Shown piece after piece: positions 1 through 12,256 of a stretch of DNA of 64,000 nt (position 1 is its first letter; the number at the start of each line of letters is the position of its first letter). A program made the position numbers and the translations under genes. The DNA is taken from assembly GCA_964187785.1 (NCBI GenBank), contig OZ076409.1:54312001-54376000 (forward strand), given 5' to 3'. This DNA comes from Amphiscolops sp. MND2022 (lineage: Eukaryota). Below the pieces are notes generated by a model. The model saw only the letters and a program-made list of their open reading frames with translations. It was not told where the DNA came from and did no database searches.

Positions 1-1979
1 CACGTTCGTTTCCTTGATTGAGTGTTTCTGGGGCATTTTCTTTCGTCCTCGAACTATGTGTGTTTTATAACATATGAAACTTTTCAAAGACTGTTCATGA
101 TTCGTAGTAGTAAAATTTTGAACTCCCAAAAATGCTCGAATATCTTCGCAGGCATTTGCTATTTTAATATTAATTGAATTTTTATGTGTCGCAGGCTGCC
201 GCTTGTGACGGCACTAAGATAACTACATCGGCATGTGGACAAGACGTAGCACCTGGTACGGTACCCATCTACTGGAAACTAAAACTCCATGAACTTTTAT
301 GTTGCTTTCATATTTAGACACAATACTTTTGTAAATTAAACGGATAGAAGGCCTTATCGGGAACTGTTCCCACATTTCAATGTTACGACAAACATTTCGT
401 AGAAGTAAATCCTGAGTTATTTAGATTTCCTAGTTTAATTGTTTGGTATTAGTCTGTTAACATGAATCTGCTATTCAATGTGCTGTAACAATAAAGTCAA
501 TGCTAAGCTAAACGAAATTAACTGCAAAGCGGTACGGAAACGAGTTCGAGTGAGTTTCCGTACTTTTGCTGCAATGTCACTTGCTTATACATTCTAGCCA
601 ATCAGAGGCTTGCATCGTTGTGCTGTATTCTAACTATTTGCCGGTTACGGCCACTTGACTAGAGATTAAAGGACCACTAGTGCTGTTTAGGCAAATAGCC
701 GAGTCCGGCCAATTAAGGTGTTATGCTTACAAAATACTGCGAGTTAGTACTACCAACAAGTGAAGTGAATGATTTCAGTCTGATGGCTTTATTGTATGAG
801 AAAGACTATTACTGATGCTTTGAAGTGATAATTGTTGGATCATTATATTAACACCAAATAACCGTCTCCGGTCCTATTCCGGCCTTTGATTGATACATTA
901 AATTGAGTACACCGGCCTTAGTAGGCCTATTTAGTAATTTTACCACTCATGTAAATTGTTCCATTCACATCTTATTTATTATCTCACGTGCCATCTCGTG
1001 TTAAATGCAATTGTCACGTGCCTAGGATATGTGCACTTAAGCAAGCAATGTGATGATGAGTTGCTGTTTATGGAATGTTAATCAGGAATGTTGAATATTT
1101 TACCGGTTGAGTGTTTCGTTTAAGTTGATGCTTTGAAGTGATGAATATTTTGTTCGCCGTAATGGTGACGTTCACCTCGTGACCCGTCAGGGCCACGACC
1201 ATATGATGTTTTCTTGATAAAAAATCTGAGGAATGTGAGTGTCACTTTCTCAGGGGTATATATACCCGTGCCCCTGCAGGAGAGGTCACTAATTTTCCAG
1301 TGGCTACTTTGATGAAGATTGATTTGATAAAAACAGTTCTCTTAGTTTTCCGATTCTATAAATAATTCAATACTTATACTCGGACATTCTCCAATGCCAA
1401 CCTCCAGAAAACAAAAGAAGACTAGAAAGTCCAAAGGACTTGAAATGTTATCAGACATTGAAAAACTAGTTATAATGCTAAGTGAAAATCATATCAATGA
1501 GACTGAAAGGGAAGAGAGTTTAGATAGTACTTCCATGAGGAGACGTGAGGGTGTTGCAAGCAACGACCTTGAAAATGAAGGCGAAAGTTCATATTCTGAT
1601 CATAGGAATGCTAACGTCAGGACAAATGCCCATTACGGCCAAAACTCAGCCGATATGAGTTCTCAAGCTGAAATCAATAGGCTGTCAAGTGAACTGAACT
1701 CTAGAATATCTAGACAGATGGACGAGATGATGAACAACGTCAGCTCTCAGATCCAAAGAGCCATAAATGACGCTATAAGTAATCAAGTCCTACCCCAAAT
1801 TCAAAATGTCATCATGGCCTGATCAAGACGGGTGACTAGAAAAGGATGGGACGTTCCGGCCGAGAGACCGGAAATCAATCCCGAGGTTCAGCGGAATCTG
1901 AATGCGAGAAACAATTTAAGAAATGAACAAGACGTTGGTCACCAAAATGGTGATTTATCTAGTCATAATGTTCATGACA
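1..1979 (+). mobile_element. Unclassified repeat element, copy 1 (orphan ORF at 1394-1822; ends ...ATGACA)
   Basis: Collinear homology with the 35600-38740 copy: a 26-nt motif at 186-211, ORF MPTSRKQKK...MLSDIEKLVIML, and a TGACA terminus at 1979. Confidence 0.55.
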
Positions 1980-4225
1980 TTATGAAAAGAACCTTTATCA
2001 CTATAAAATTTGATCTTGACAAAATTTGGAAAAGGACCAGTCTCAGTCAGCAACATTCCTTTGCCATGTGAAAAAAAGACTAAAAATTGCCTAAATTTAT
2101 CTTCATCACATAAGCACTTTGTTTCAACATAAAAGTAAAAAACTGGCCGTAGAAAACTTTATGCTTATGAAAATATTGAAAGTTTGTTTTTTAGATTCCG
2201 TACAGAGTAGCCAAACAACACGCCCGCTGGGCAGCGAGATATTTCCCCCCCCAAACGGTTCTAAAACTATATAAACTTGAGGCTCAAGAATAGCCAATTC
2301 ACTATGAAAAAAAGTTCGAAGAAAAAGCTTTGATTCATCTTAGTCCATTTTAAAGGCAACACCCAATTTGTTATACCTGCAACAGTTGCCCACTTCTTGT
2401 ATTTTCGGCACTATACCGCGTGAAGAGAAACATTTTGAAAACAATTTTCGAAAGACATTTTCCCCAAATTTTAGTTTTTGAGGTTTTCTGTAAAGGAAAT
2501 AAGTTTTGCTGGTCTTGAGGGTGACCTCTTTGTTACTTTTGATACTTTGGAACTGATGAGTTTTCTTGATGATTGTGGAAAATGCCTCTTTTCATTTTTG
2601 TTTTTGGGTCATTCTCAGGTTTTCTTCCCTTTTCCCTTTAAAAGTTTACTCCATATCTAGTGATTTTGCTTGGAGCTTTATTGATATTAAATAATTCATA
2701 AACAAGGTCGAAAAAGAATTTTACGTTTTTAAATAAATTTTTTGAAAATTGCGCACAAAAATTTGTCTGATATCTTTCCGAAACACTACCGGCACCTACA
2801 CGTTTCAATCCTGAGCTTATGGACTTTCTGATTGAAATAAATTTTCGGATAGGTTTCAAAATTGTTACATGGTTGTCGAAAATTGAGAAAATTCGAAAAT
2901 TCGGACACATTTGTTGTAAATTCGAAGAACTCCATCGTTCTTTTTTTCCCAAATTGCGTTTTGAAAACCTTATTGTTTCAACGTGCAGGTGAATGGAATT
3001 TCTATTTCACAAAATTTTCGTGGTTTGAACAAAAATTTGGGTTGATTTGCCAAAAAATATGATTTTTTGTCGTTTGTTGGATTTTGGGGTGTTTTTGTGG
3101 CCAATTCCAAAAACATTGCAGTTATATCTTGAAAAATGCCTACTGGATACCGGGATTAGTCATTACTGAGTTTTGTAAACCTCTTTAAGCAATTAAGTAG
3201 CTTAAACGTTGTACAAAAAAAATGCCCCAAACGTTTTAAAAAATGAAAATTCCCAGTTTTTGAATTATTTGGGAAATTTTGAGCAAATATGCAAGTTTCT
3301 CCTGAAAAACGTGCTGCGGACGTAATTTCATCATCTTAAAGTTTCGGAAGCTTTTACCTTTATAATTTTCCAATGTCAAAATGTTATAGTCTCAAATAAA
3401 AATTCACTTGAAATGTCAAAAATAGGCAAAATTTCGACTTTTTGCGGTCAAGTTTGACCATATTCCACCGAAGTCTGCAAATTTCTCCTCAACAGCCTAC
3501 TGGTTGTTGAGTTCAACATCGTTGAACGTTTGCCAACAAAAAGTACATAGACGTTGCATAAAAACGAGAAGAAAAACTTTTTCGATTTTTCGACTCATTT
3601 GGAGTCATTCTGGAGTGTTTCTAAGCAAAACACTGCAACCTACTCTTCAAATATGCACAGCGTTTGTTTTTTCGTTTTGACTGTGTTAGAACTTACATCA
3701 AAAGTTCTCGGAAATTGTACAGAAATTGCATCAAAACGACAAAAACTAAATTTATTGCTATTTTCTGAGTCAGTTTGAGGCATTATCTACTAGAAATTGC
3801 ATTTATCTCTCAACGAAAGCTCACTGAAACGAGGAGTCCTTCTATTGTTAAAGGGTTTTAAATTTCTAGTCCACTAAGTCTATCAATAATTTGACAAAAA
3901 CTGCATAAAAACACTGAAAATTTGAAAATTTCGGGATTTTTTCGCATTTTGGGTGTCAATTTGAGATACTTTTCACTTAGAAAACAGCAATTATCTTTCC
4001 GAAAAAGCCTACTGGACAACAAATTTCTGTCATGTTGGGTGTTTTCAAGATTCTAACCCACGAAGTCTAACGAAAAATGACAACAATTGCATGAACACGT
4101 TGAAAATTGGGAAATTTTTGACTTTTGGTCATTTTCGGGGCCATTTTGGGTCAAAATGGGGTCATTTTTGTCATTCCCAAAAAAATCCAAAAATCTCTAC
4201 AAATACATATGGCAGGAAACTAAGT

Positions 4226-4549
4226 TTACGTAAATTGAATTCTATGGGTAACACCCTTTAAGGTGAATATATATTTCGTGCTTGGCAATTTTTGTAAAAA
4301 AACCGTTTGATTTAAATATTTTCCTTTCCCATATGAAATATGGGCGGAAAACAACAACAACCAAAACAGAAAATGGTAGAAAGGTACTTGGCTAGATCTA
4401 AGAGGCAAATGTCTAACTGAGCTACTGTTCGTGTAAGTGACAGATGTAAGTGATAATAAGTGACAATTAACAGCTGATCTGCAGTGGTTTTGGTTTCTAA
4501 TGATTAGCCGACAGTATTTCAAATACGTCATATTGAGAGTTGTATATTT
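4226..4549 (-). CDS. Candidate terminal exon of the same transcript
   Basis: Weak acceptor ctctaag|AAATAT after an 85-nt intron; phase 0; open for 107 codons to TAA at 4226 (KYTTLNMTYLKYCRLIIRN...); an internal donor cannot be excluded. Confidence 0.4.
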   Translation of the reverse strand, partial: KYTTLNMTYLKYCRLIIRNQNHCRSAVNCHLLSLTSVTYTNSSSVRHLPLRSSQVPFYHFLFWLLLFSAHISYGKGKYLNQTVFLQKLPSTKYIFTLKGVTHRIQFT

Positions 4550-4634
4550 CTTAGAGGTCATTTCGGAAGCTTGTATGCGAGTTCAAAAGGCATCGGCTAA
4601 TCATTTCGATACCAAACTGGTTGAACAATCTTAC

Positions 4635-4762
4635 CTGAGGTGATTTCTTCAACACAAAAAGTACGACATATAGAGGGGGATGAATGTAATCCACAGTAAA
4701 GTTAAAATATGAAGAACGAAAGCGAATTAAATTACGATCAACTGGCATATTGAACAATCCTC
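4635..4762 (-). CDS. Distal exon, probably of the Kv2 gene (BTB/T1-like segment)
   Basis: atttaag|GAGGAT...CCTCAG|gtaaga; 128 nt, phase 1 in and 0 out; GGLFNMPVDRNLIRFRSSYFNFTVDYIHPPLYVVLFVLKKSPQ. Confidence 0.6.
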
Positions 4763-4853
4763 CTTAAATGGAAAATCACAAAAATTTTCAACAGAAGTTG
4801 CAGGAACTTAGTTAGTATTTCAAAAACGTCAGTACTCACAAAGTATAAATTAC

Positions 4854-4917
4854 CTCGAACATTGAAATCGATCCATGAACCCTCCTGGTCTTTCAGCAGA
4901 AGCGCAAAAATTCGTGA
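4854..4917 (-). CDS. Distal exon, probably of the Kv2 gene (start of BTB/T1-like segment)
   Basis: ttcccag|TCACGA...TTCGAG|gtaatt; 64 nt, phase 0 in and 1 out, matching both neighbours; SRIFALLLKDQEGSWIDFNVR. Confidence 0.6.
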
Positions 4918-4943
4918 CTGGGAAAGTTTTCGAAGAAAGTTAT

Positions 4944-7900
4944 TGTAGTAGAGTCTAGAATACTGAACTTAATTGCTAAGAAAACAAATGTGTGAAAATG
5001 ATTAAATTACGTAATAATAACAACCTGCCAAACTTAGCCAAAGTGGCAAATTAACAGCAACTGCCATAACATCAGATTCTGTACTAATTCACAGTTGTTA
5101 CGAAATTCTCTTCTTTCACCTAAGTTCGTTATCGTCAACATGGCGCTGCGAGCTACTGATGATGAAACTTCTAATTCACCGGTACCAGGCCTGAAATACT
5201 TCTGGCAAGAGGCCGAGAAAGAACCCTCTTACGAATGGGAGCAGTGGCAGCAATTATTTGAAGTTGCAGTACTGGCGCGACACTCAATTGCTGTAACCGA
5301 AATCACCAGGACTGCAGATGAACAAAACCCTCCTGTTCCAGCACTGATGGGAAACCTGGAAGAAAATGCGGCTGCAAGAAAGATAGTAAGCTTACTTTAC
5401 ATTTCTCTGGGCAAAAATGGCAGAAAAATGATAATGGACAAATTCCCTCAAATTAACATCCTGCTTATTCAATTACCTCAATTTCTACAACATTGTAACG
5501 AATGCTTCCAAACGCGGAGAAATAGAACCATGGATAGACATACCTTTTTGTCAAGAAAGCAGAAGCCGAATGAATCTCTTCACCAGTTCTGGAATGCTTT
5601 AAACGGATTGGCGGCCAAATGTAATTTTGGTAACCAGACAGAAGGCTTAGTCTATGACATTTTCGTTCTCAATATGTCAAATAAACTGGTCCAAGAAAAG
5701 CTTTGCACAGAGCCAAAAGACACACCAGCAGAGGCTCTCCAATTCGCAATTGCTTTTGAAGACGGGCTAAAAAGACAGAAGACATATGGATACATCGGAC
5801 AAGAGCCCAAGATAAAAGAAGAACCAGTATGTGCAGTCAGTGGAAGCGGCTTCAATACAAGAGAGTGTTGGAGATGTGGCGCTGGAAATTTTACGATGGA
5901 ACATCTAAAATTCTGCAAAGGGCCAAATGTGATGTGCAATTACTGCGGTAGAAAAGGACATTTGGAGAAAGTTTGTAATCAAAAGAAGAAAGACAAATTT
6001 CAACAAAATGGCAAATTCAGAGCAAGTGGCAGCAGTGAGCAAACAAACCGCCGCGTACAATTAGTCGATCAAGAGGATGAAGACGACGAAAGCATAATGG
6101 TTTTAAACGTAGAAGGAGATGAAAATACGAAACCATATTACATGGAAGGATTCATCAATGGAAACAAATTCAGAACAATGATCGATTCCGGATCTCCCGT
6201 CACAATTTTTGCACTGGACGAAATAAAGGAGATCATGAAGAGGGAAAACCTCCCCGTGCGCGAAATGATTGAAGGAGAAAAGTACGTGGATTGTAATGGG
6301 AAACCATTAAATCTACTGGGATACGTGTTTTGCGAACTACAAGTGGGCAATCAGTACATTAAGAAGGCGAGAATTCTAATTGCCAAAAAGGGAACAAAGT
6401 CAATCGTCGGTCGAGAGTGGCTCTCTACGTTGACATGCAGACTTACACCAGTGAACGAAGGTGAGTTAGAAGTTAATTCAGTAGAAAAAGACGAGGAACT
6501 AAGTGTAGAAGCAAAGCAACTAAGTAACGATTTTCCAGAATTGTTCAAAAGAAACGGAAGAATAAAAAACCATCAAGTAAGAGTTAATTTGAAATCAGAC
6601 GCAAAAATTTCTCAGCAAAAAGGAAGGCGAATTCCAATACAACTACAAAATGCGGTAGATGCGGAAATAAAACGATTACTGAAAGACGGTCATATTGAGA
6701 AAATAAACGAAATTAAAGAGGATGTCTTTATACAACCAACGGTAATCACGGTAAAGAAAGATCGTTCAGTGAAAATTGCACTAGACGCTAGAGCGCTAAA
6801 CCAAGCGATTGATGAAGATAAATATCAAATGCCAAATTTAGATAATTTACTAGATATGGTAGCAGAAAAACTTGATAACGAAAACGGAGAAGCATGGTAC
6901 TCATCCGTAGATATGACCTATGCATACGGTCAAGTTCCTTTGCACCCTTTAACAGCAAAACACTGTAATTTTCAAATTATTGGAGGCGAATCCACGGGAA
7001 CATACAGATTTGTAACAGGTTTTTACGGTCTGACGGTTATGCCGACAGAATTTCAAAAAGTAATGGATTTACTATTAGCTAGATTTAGAGAAGTATTTGT
7101 TTTTATCGACGACATTTTAATAGTAACCAAGGGAACTAAGAACGAACACTTGAACAAAGTGCGGGAAATACTAAAAGCAATGAATGAAGCTAAATTACAA
7201 TTAAAGGCGGGAAAATGTAATTTTGCAAAACAAGAAATAGAGTGGTTGGGGTTCAAATTGACGAGTTCAGGTATTTCGCCAATTAATACAAAGGTACAAG
7301 GAATTTCCGATAAACTCATACCAACCAATTTGAAAGAACTGAGATCATTTTTGGGTGCGGTAAACCAATTCAATAGATTTGTTCCAGACTTGGCTACTAT
7401 TTGTTTTCCGTTTAGATCAATTTTAAAAAGAGATGCAGAATGGAATTGGAATGAAGAGCACGAATCAGCGTTTGAAAAAGTAAATGAAGAAGTGAAAAAA
7501 TTTGCGGAATTAACACATTTCAAAAAGAAAAAACCTTTGCGAATAATCTGCGATGCGAGTAAACAAGGGCTAGGAGCGGTTCTTCAACAAAAAGAAGATA
7601 TGGGCTGGAAGCCAATTTCGTATGCATCAAGGTTTTTGACGGAACTTGAAGCGAAGTATTCAATTAACGAATTAGAACTACTCGCAGTAGTTTGGGCAAT
7701 TGAACATTTTAAAAATTACGTCTACGGTGAAAAGTTTGGAGTAGTGTCAGATCACAAAGCCTTACAGAGTGTATTAAAAGCGAATATAGGAAATAAAACC
7801 TTTTCAAGCAGGCTGACCAGGTGTAGACAGACTACTTCCATTTGACTTTTCAGTAATACACGCACCGGGTAGAACGATAGGATTAGCCGATTACCTTTCA

Positions 7901-10343
7901 CGACACCCGTCTGAATATTGCGGATCAACAGTAAAAGCGGAAGAAATGTTTAATAGTTGGTTCACAATAAATGTAGTAGATGAAATCGTTCCGCCATTGA
8001 ATAGAAAACTGGCCAATAAAAATGAACCAATCAGATTCAACATTGAAAACAAAAGAAACGCACGCGTGAACGATAGTGTGTTGACAGTTCATACGCCTAT
8101 GCAGTCGAAGTCTATTTGCAAACAAAACGTAAAAGTGCCAACAAGCGATAAAATGGCAGAAGCAAAAGATTTGTCAAAATCAAAAATTAGTCAAAAAAAA
8201 GCTATGAGAATGATCGCAACATCCAAAAAATCATTCGACTAATCAAAGATAAAAATCCGGCAGTAATCTCTCGTTTACCTCCTCCTTGGAGAGAGAAATT
8301 CAATTCATTTAGCCTGGACTCGAAAAACTTGTTATATATGGACCAACGACTGGTAATTCCGAAAGACATGCGCGAAAATGTACTAAGGGCCATACATTTC
8401 GGGCACGCCGGCAGAGATGCCATGGCCATGTTACGGGAGGCATCGGATGTGTGGTGGCCCAGAATCCACCGCGAGATTGTTGAAAAGGCACGAAATTGCG
8501 CTGAATGCCAGAAAGCAGGTAAGAACCTTAAATGTATAAACAGTCAAAAAGAATTTGGAAAAATACCGGAAGCGAAAAACCCAAACGACGAAATTTCAAT
8601 AGACTTCGCAGGTACATTTCAAAATGCATATAAACAGAAGAAATATTTACTAGTATCAGTAGATAATAATTCAGGATGGCCGGACGCAATGTTTTTACCT
8701 AACCCGTCGGCGGAGAAAGTTGTAGAATTTTTACTAGAGTATATAGCAACTAATGGAATCCCAAAAAGGATTAGAACAGATCCGGGGACAGTGTTCAAGG
8801 GAGAAAAATTTCAGCGATTTTGTGTAGAAAGATATATCCAACATGTAATTTGCCCTATTCGAGATCATCGGGGCAACGGGAAAGTAGAAAGAATGATCAG
8901 AACATTGAACGAAAGACTTAGAACAAATAGAAAAGTAGTAGTCGAAAAGAATACATCAGGGTTGTCAAACATATTATTTGCGTTAAGAACGGAAAAAGGA
9001 GTAGATAACACATCGGCTTACGAAAGGCAGATGGGCAGAAAACCGAACACATTAAAGTCGGCTATGATCAGAAAGTGTTTTTTAGAAAAAGATCCTCAAC
9101 TCCAGATAGAGCCGGAAGACTTCAGTGAGGAGGCCGATTCGACAATTCTTGTTCGAGAGAGAGTAAAGGGAACAAAACTTGAAGGAAACTTCAAAAAGAT
9201 CAAAGGCCAAGTAATCAACCAAAGTGAACACACGATAACTGTGCTATCCAAAGTAGGTAAGAAAACAACCTACTCCAAACGCGATGTAGCCAAATTGGGA
9301 CAAAGTACAAACTCTGCCAAGAAGGAATCTGCCAAAAAGAAGACAAAAATTCAAGAAAAGCCTGAAAAGCCAATTCAACCATTTTGGCGGGAATCGACAA
9401 GCAGCTCCGAAATGGGACAAATCCCAAATTTGCCACAAAAGGAACAAATGGCATACAGAGAACAACAATCGGAAGAAGAAGAAGTAAATGTAGTGCAAAA
9501 TGAAAAAGAAAGAGAAGTGAGCCCTGAACAAACAGTACAAATAAAAGAATCAAAAAGCGAAACAGAAGGAGCATTAGAAAAAGAAGAAATGTCGGACAAA
9601 CAAGAAATAAAGAACGCACCCATAAAAGGAAATGTAAAATGGGAAAAGGAGAAAAAAACCAACCAGAAGCTCAACAAGAAACCACAAGAAACCTAACTGG
9701 CTTTGCAACAACATAATGGTGACCAAAGTGGAACCAGAGTCAGGCACAGAAGAAAGTCTCCCCAGTGTGTTCGAAATAGAACCACCCAAAAACAAATGAA
9801 CACGAACCCACAAACAATAAAGCCAAATACTGTTCTGTTGCTAAACTTAAATTTCAAGTTAATTCAAAACCTCAGTATTATCCACCCCAATTGAATTAAC
9901 CCTACTGATAAACAGTACGTACGTTATCTTACGTTTGTTATAATTGTGTTGTAGTAACATAATTGATGATTTTAGTTATTGTGTCATATTTATTAAAGTT
10001 AACCATTGAGTAACACTGTAAATTATTACTATACACTTATTGGCTAAAACAGGAACCAATCATGATTTGAACAAAATTTCTGTGAAGTAAATTGATATCT
10101 AGTGAAGTCATACAACCCCCCATACTTAATCAATAAAAGAGGGAAGTGTAGTAGAGTCTAGAATACTGAACTTAATTGCTGAGAAAACAAATGTGTGAAA
10201 ATGATTAAATTACGTAATAATAACAACCTGCCAAACTTAGCCAAAGTGGCAAATTAACAGCAACTGCCATAACATCAGATTCTGTACTAATTCACAGTTG
10301 TTACGAAATTCTCTTCTTTCACCTAAGTTCGTTATCGTCAACA
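4944..10343 (+). mobile_element. Ty3/Gypsy LTR retrotransposon, near-intact and young
   Basis: 197-bp TG...CA LTRs at 4944-5140 and 10147-10343 (one mismatch seen); TSD GTTAT at 4939-4943 and 10344-10348; PBS TGGCGCTGCGAG at 5141; PPT AAAAGAGGGAAG at 10135-10146. Confidence 0.97.
5140..9696 (+). pseudogene. Gypsy gag-pol (CCHC knuckles, protease DSGS, RT FIDD, RNase H, integrase) with two frameshifts
   Basis: ORF 5095-7845 has CWRCG...H..C, CNYCGRKGHLEKVC, MIDSGS, VFIDDILI and CDASKQGLG. Frameshifts near 7820 (RW-VDRLLPFDF lacks one G) and in the A-run at about 8193-8200. Integrase ORF 8329-9696 has H..H..C..C, SIDFAG, RTDPG and GNGKVERM. Confidence 0.93.
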
Positions 10344-10505
10344 GTTATATTCAATTAGTTACACCTTTAGAAGTACATATATGATTTTTTGTAGATTAAA
10401 TAGAAAAATTATATTAATTGAAAACTTGTTCATTAGTGGCAACTTTTCCAGCAATAAAAATGTTCTTTGACCAGAAAATGCTGATAAAAGAAATATGTCT
10501 CTCAC

Positions 10506-10759
10506 CCTTTCTACAGATGGCGATGATTCACAGGCAAATCTCTGGCGGTATCTCCTCCTTCCGGCTCCAGAGCTGCCCAGAGGTCCAGAGTAGTGGGGAG
10601 TGTGCATGGTACCCCGTGCCAGCTCATGATCTGATCCCCCACTGTCGGTTGCTGCCCCTCCCCCAAAACTCTGGTCATTGGATCCAGCACTGGACGATTT
10701 TCCCAAAAAGGGAATTTGGTGGGGACTCGACGGCACTGGGTTAAATCTGGGGGTCGACT
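10506..10759 (-). CDS. KCNB: Shab/Kv2 C-tail exon
   Basis: tatccag|AGTCGA...GAAAGG|gtgaga; 254 nt, phase 1 in and 0 out; ESTPRFNPVP...ESSPSVER. Confidence 0.78.
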
Positions 10760-11101
10760 CTGGATAAATTTGGATTGGTTTCATCATATAAATTTTGGTA
10801 TTTCTAATCATACATTTACACGTGGCTGGTGAGCGAATATTTATGAGTTTTTCTAGCAAATCGCGGCGACGACTTTCAAACAGTATCTGACATCGTTTGT
10901 GCATTGTACAGGTTAAAACTTACAATTTGAGACGAATCTATGCTGAAAAAGAAAATGATCATCGAAACGGCATATATTCTTCCACTTTCTACAGTTACAA
11001 TCTTCTTCAAAACCCATTGACACGTTGTCAAATATGTGCGTGATTTCTAATTGATATGGAATTTGTCTTGCGTATTTAAAATGTTTGTATCATCAACAAA
11101 C

Positions 11102-11378
11102 CTTGGGATTCAAAAGAGTTGGGTTTTGATTGTGGTAATGATATTGACACTGAAGACGCAGGGGTAGTCATTGAGGGGATAGGCCTGGCACCTCTGGTTG
11201 GGGGACTATCTCTCTTTCCCACCACTGGCTTGTTGTTGGCCGTGGATTTGCGCCCATTGGGGCTCCTATCGTCACTCGCGTTGCCAGTGTCACTCTTGCT
11301 CTTCTCACTTAGTTCGTCATCTGCCGCGTCCACACTGTGGATCGTGTACAGCAATGGACCAGGTGCTTTCCGGGTCAC
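11102..11378 (-). CDS. KCNB: Shab/Kv2 C-tail exon
   Basis: ttgtag|GTGACC...CCCAAG|gtttgt; 277 nt, phase 0 in and 1 out. Confidence 0.78.
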
Positions 11379-11848
11379 CTACAAAAGGGAGTAAAATAAT
11401 GTCAGCTCAGAGTCAAAGAGTGCAAATTTGAAAATACTACGGCCTCAATTCAAATTACTTGATGAATTTTTTCTCAGAAATTTGCATTTCTTTTGAAGTT
11501 GAAAAACTAAATCATACGTTCTGATCACTCGGATCTCGCTATCAACTGAATATAGACTACTTTGGGTTCGCATATTATACAGCAAGAAGTGTGCAGCTAT
11601 AAACATTGCTTTACATGTATCCATCTAAAACCTCTCCTGCTCTACGGCGATATAACGCTAATGTCTTACAAAAAGGTAAGAAAATAATTAGACAAGGTGA
11701 TGGGTTGATTTAGATACTTGGTGTCCTACTTATACTTTATTAGGTGACAAGTTTCCCGACAAGGTCTGCAAGCAATGCGTTTTTGCAGGGGTCTTTTAAT
11801 TTCCTTGCAAGGAGAAGCCTTTGATGGATGTATCACCCGAGCACGTAC

Positions 11849-12049
11849 CTTGGTGAGTTTTCGGTAGTTGATGGAAGAAAAGTCATGTTCAACTTGTCCG
11901 AACTCAGCTTCTGATGTGGCCACACTGGCGTGGCTATGGGAGTCCTCACTGCTCAACGAATTGTGTCTCCCTAGATTAGGTGCCCCAGCTCCCGAGGTAC
12001 CGCCCCCTCCCCCCAGGCCACCAGTGACACTGTCTGCACCGTCGCTTTC
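11849..12049 (-). CDS. KCNB: Shab/Kv2 C-tail exon
   Basis: tttcag|GAAAGC...ACCAAG|gtacgt; 201 nt, phase 0/0; ESDGADSVTGGLGGGGG...YRKLTK. Confidence 0.8.
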
Positions 12050-12256
12050 CTGAAAATGTTGATTATAAAATGTGATACAGCTGAGATACAAGTTCTAAAA
12101 CAAGAGTCTTGATTTCACTTTCCGTTGAAATTTAAAAATGGCTCACGATGAAACAATAGAAATAACAGTTTGCGTCATCTTTGCAGATTTCAATTCTGGG
12201 ACCAGAAGTGCTTTTCCTCGCCCAAAAGAATTTACCGTATGTTCTTTTCCCCTAAC

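Noticed and set aside
5652-9813. Numerous minus-strand ORFs over the Gypsy element
   Set aside because: Antisense shadows of the purine-rich gag-pol frame
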